A stretch of DNA of 64,000 nucleotides. Origin: Hyphomicrobium sp. (GTDB lineage: Bacteria > Pseudomonadota > Alphaproteobacteria > Rhizobiales > Hyphomicrobiaceae). Shown here piece after piece: positions 63,166-64,000 of this stretch. The notes beneath the pieces were generated by a model. That model was not told the origin of the DNA. It saw nothing but the letters and a program-made list of their open reading frames with translations, and searched no databases. The stretch is from the NCBI RefSeq assembly GCF_009026145.1, contig NZ_WBUE01000011.1, positions 40,118-104,117 of the forward strand. Reading direction: 5' to 3'. A program made the position numbers and the translations under genes. The first letter of the stretch is position 1, and every line of letters starts with the position of its first letter.

Positions 63166-63395
63166 GGGGAGCGGGGCGGTCCTGGCCCTTCTACTTGTTC
63201 GTGTGGATGCAGCCATCGCCGCCCCACCCAGGCACGAGCGCCGACCAACCGCCTTCCCCGGATCGCATCCCTGCCCGGGGCCCACCGACATTTTCGCGCC
63301 GGCGACAGTAGGTCCTAGGGCTACGCTTACGGCCCTGGCGGATTCGTGCCGGCCCATCTCCTGCAGGTCCGCCAGCGCACGTCTGCACCCCGGGT
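63166..63395 (+). ncRNA. Candidate structured non-coding RNA (unidentified)
   Basis: Several nested inverted repeats with G-U pairs mostly on the + strand; no credible ORF; not recognised as a known family. Confidence 0.35.
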
Positions 63396-63558
63396 CTTCG
63401 AGTTGGGCTGGCGGGGGATTTTATGCGCGGCGGCGCGCGCGGGGATAAATTTGGCCGCTTGAGCATAAAAAGCCGCCTGTTTCACCCGGAACAGCGCACC
63501 GGCGTCCGGCACGGCATTTTCCCTCCTGAGACACGCAGACCAACTTTGGAGAGAAACA

Positions 63559-64000
63559 GTGACCCGCACCATTCTAGCCACTGCCGCCGCTCTCGCCGCC
63601 GCCTCGATGCTGGCCTCGGGCGCGCAAGCCTGCATTTCCTGCGAGTACGTCCCCGAGGTCGTGCGCAACTCCTCGACGCTGCCGCACACGGGCCATTACT
63701 ACTCCGCGCACTCCTATAGCTCGAACAAGGCGCGCAGCGCCGTCGTGGCCAAGAGGCGCATCGCCAAGGCCGCGATCGCCGACAAGCCGGCCAAGGTCGC
63801 CAAAGTCGATAGGGACGAGAAGGCGGCGAAGGTTGCCAAGTCGGAGGCCGCCGAGCCGGTGGAGGTTGCCAAGGACGATGCTGCCGAGAAGCAGGTGGCG
63901 GCGACGCCGGCGCAGAGCGAAAGCTCCTCGATCACCGTGGCTGCCGCCAATGTGGTCGAGAAGGTCGCCAAGGCGCCGGTTGCCAAGGAAGCCGCCGCCA
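63559..64000 (+). CDS. Secreted Ala/Lys-rich hypothetical protein with CISC motif (runs off the window end)
   Basis: RBS GGAGAG and GTG at 63559; MTRTILATAAALAAASMLASGAQA-CISCEY...; open to the window end; missing from the ORF track. Confidence 0.75.
   Translation, partial: MTRTILATAAALAAASMLASGAQACISCEYVPEVVRNSSTLPHTGHYYSAHSYSSNKARSAVVAKRRIAKAAIADKPAKVAKVDRDEKAAKVAKSEAAEPVEVAKDDAAEKQVAATPAQSESSSITVAAANVVEKVAKAPVAKEAAA

Noticed and set aside
63160-63420. tmRNA, tRNA-Sec, 6S, SRP or cobalamin riboswitch identity
   Set aside because: No ANDN-type tag or CCACCA end, no UCA anticodon arm, no SRP GGAAGGAAGCAG loop, no B12 box, and not in the usual 6S gene context.

Overview
GC-rich alphaproteobacterial chromosome segment. 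Gene content and order point to Hyphomicrobiales, most likely Hyphomicrobiaceae (inference). Most of it is conserved housekeeping backbone: hemB, ldtR-ldt, hemA, glyA-nrdR-ribD-ribE-ribBX-ribH-nusB-thiL, tRNA-Asn, tRNA-Cys, pcm-tolC-popZ-valS, ilvD-exoR, xth, erpA, dgt-argS-SPOR-nagZ-scpAB, tatABC, serS-surE-LysM/M23 and prfC. Small accessory genes and several palindromic repeats are interspersed. No prophage, transposase, rRNA or CRISPR array is visible. The best candidate for something new is at 1.6-2.6 kb. A clear lanmodulin (LanM) is followed by an uncharacterised small secreted two-Cys protein with one lanthanide-type EF loop (NPDGDNTLEKDE) and its own sigma-EcfG-type promoter. Also worth checking: a ~250-nt structured intergenic region near 63.2-63.4 kb, a compositionally foreign in-frame insert in serS, an internally deleted nuclease between the tRNAs, an orphan HigA, and three single-base frameshifts confined to accessory genes. 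Family assignments come from motif recognition by eye; no searches were run. Several start codons are best guesses.
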